Shown here piece after piece: positions 63,881-64,000 of a DNA stretch of 64,000 nucleotides. The first letter of the stretch is position 1. Each line of letters starts with the position of its first letter. This DNA is from Psammoneis japonica (lineage: Eukaryota): positions 258,142-322,141 of the forward strand of contig QPGO01000067.1 of assembly GCA_008632985.1 (NCBI GenBank), read 5' to 3'. The position numbers were made by a program, and so were the translations under genes. The notes under the pieces are model-generated. The model did no database searches and was not told the origin of the DNA. It worked only from the letters and a program-made list of their open reading frames with translations.

Positions 63881-64000
63881 GTAACCCATGGAAAACCTCA
63901 GCTCTGTGAAGAATTGGCAGAAAAGACAACCCCTGAGTCCCACAACAACGTCTTTCTGTCAACACACAAAGTTCTTGACACTGAACAAAAATGGGACAAA

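Larger units (their letters stand above)
50110..64000. other. TpA-depleted nested transposon block 3
   Basis: About 50 TA in 14 kb by eye; CpG also scarce; several TE relics inside. Confidence 0.92.

Noticed and set aside
50110..64000. Many overlapping Cys/His-rich ORFs in the repeat blocks as novel metal-binding proteins
   Set aside because: They follow from TpA loss: TAA/TAG stops vanish and Tyr/Arg codons become Cys/His. They are not credible genes.

Overview
Eukaryotic DNA, most likely a pennate diatom (inferred from short GT-AG introns, a gametolysin M11 peptidase, a diatom-type LRR protein, RxL motifs and CoDi-like copia sequence). Two gene-dense tracts (about 5.2-19 kb and 23.5-50 kb, about 20 protein genes) alternate with three blocks of decayed repeat DNA (about 1-5.2 kb, 19.2-23.5 kb and 50.1-64 kb). 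These blocks hold CRE-like non-LTR, Ty1/copia, Ty3/gypsy and Plavaka-like relics. The standout signal is that the repeat blocks have lost almost every TpA dinucleotide. Conserved Tyr codons in the TE enzymes read as His (CAY) or Cys (TGY), and Leu/Ile read as Pro/Thr, which points to TA->CA/TG change on both strands. This loss is separable from CpG decay and appears context dependent. It looks like a repeat-targeted A:T->G:C hypermutation process, the mirror image of fungal RIP. No gene for such an enzyme is visible in the window. Other notable genes are a polyglycine-hydrolase-like beta-lactamase fusion, a membrane-anchored tricorn-like protease, a divergent eIF5A paralog and a Lys/Ser-repeat protein with a PLA2-like motif. 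Several frameshifts in genes look like long-read homopolymer errors. All family calls are from motif recognition by eye and all counts are approximate; no searches were run.
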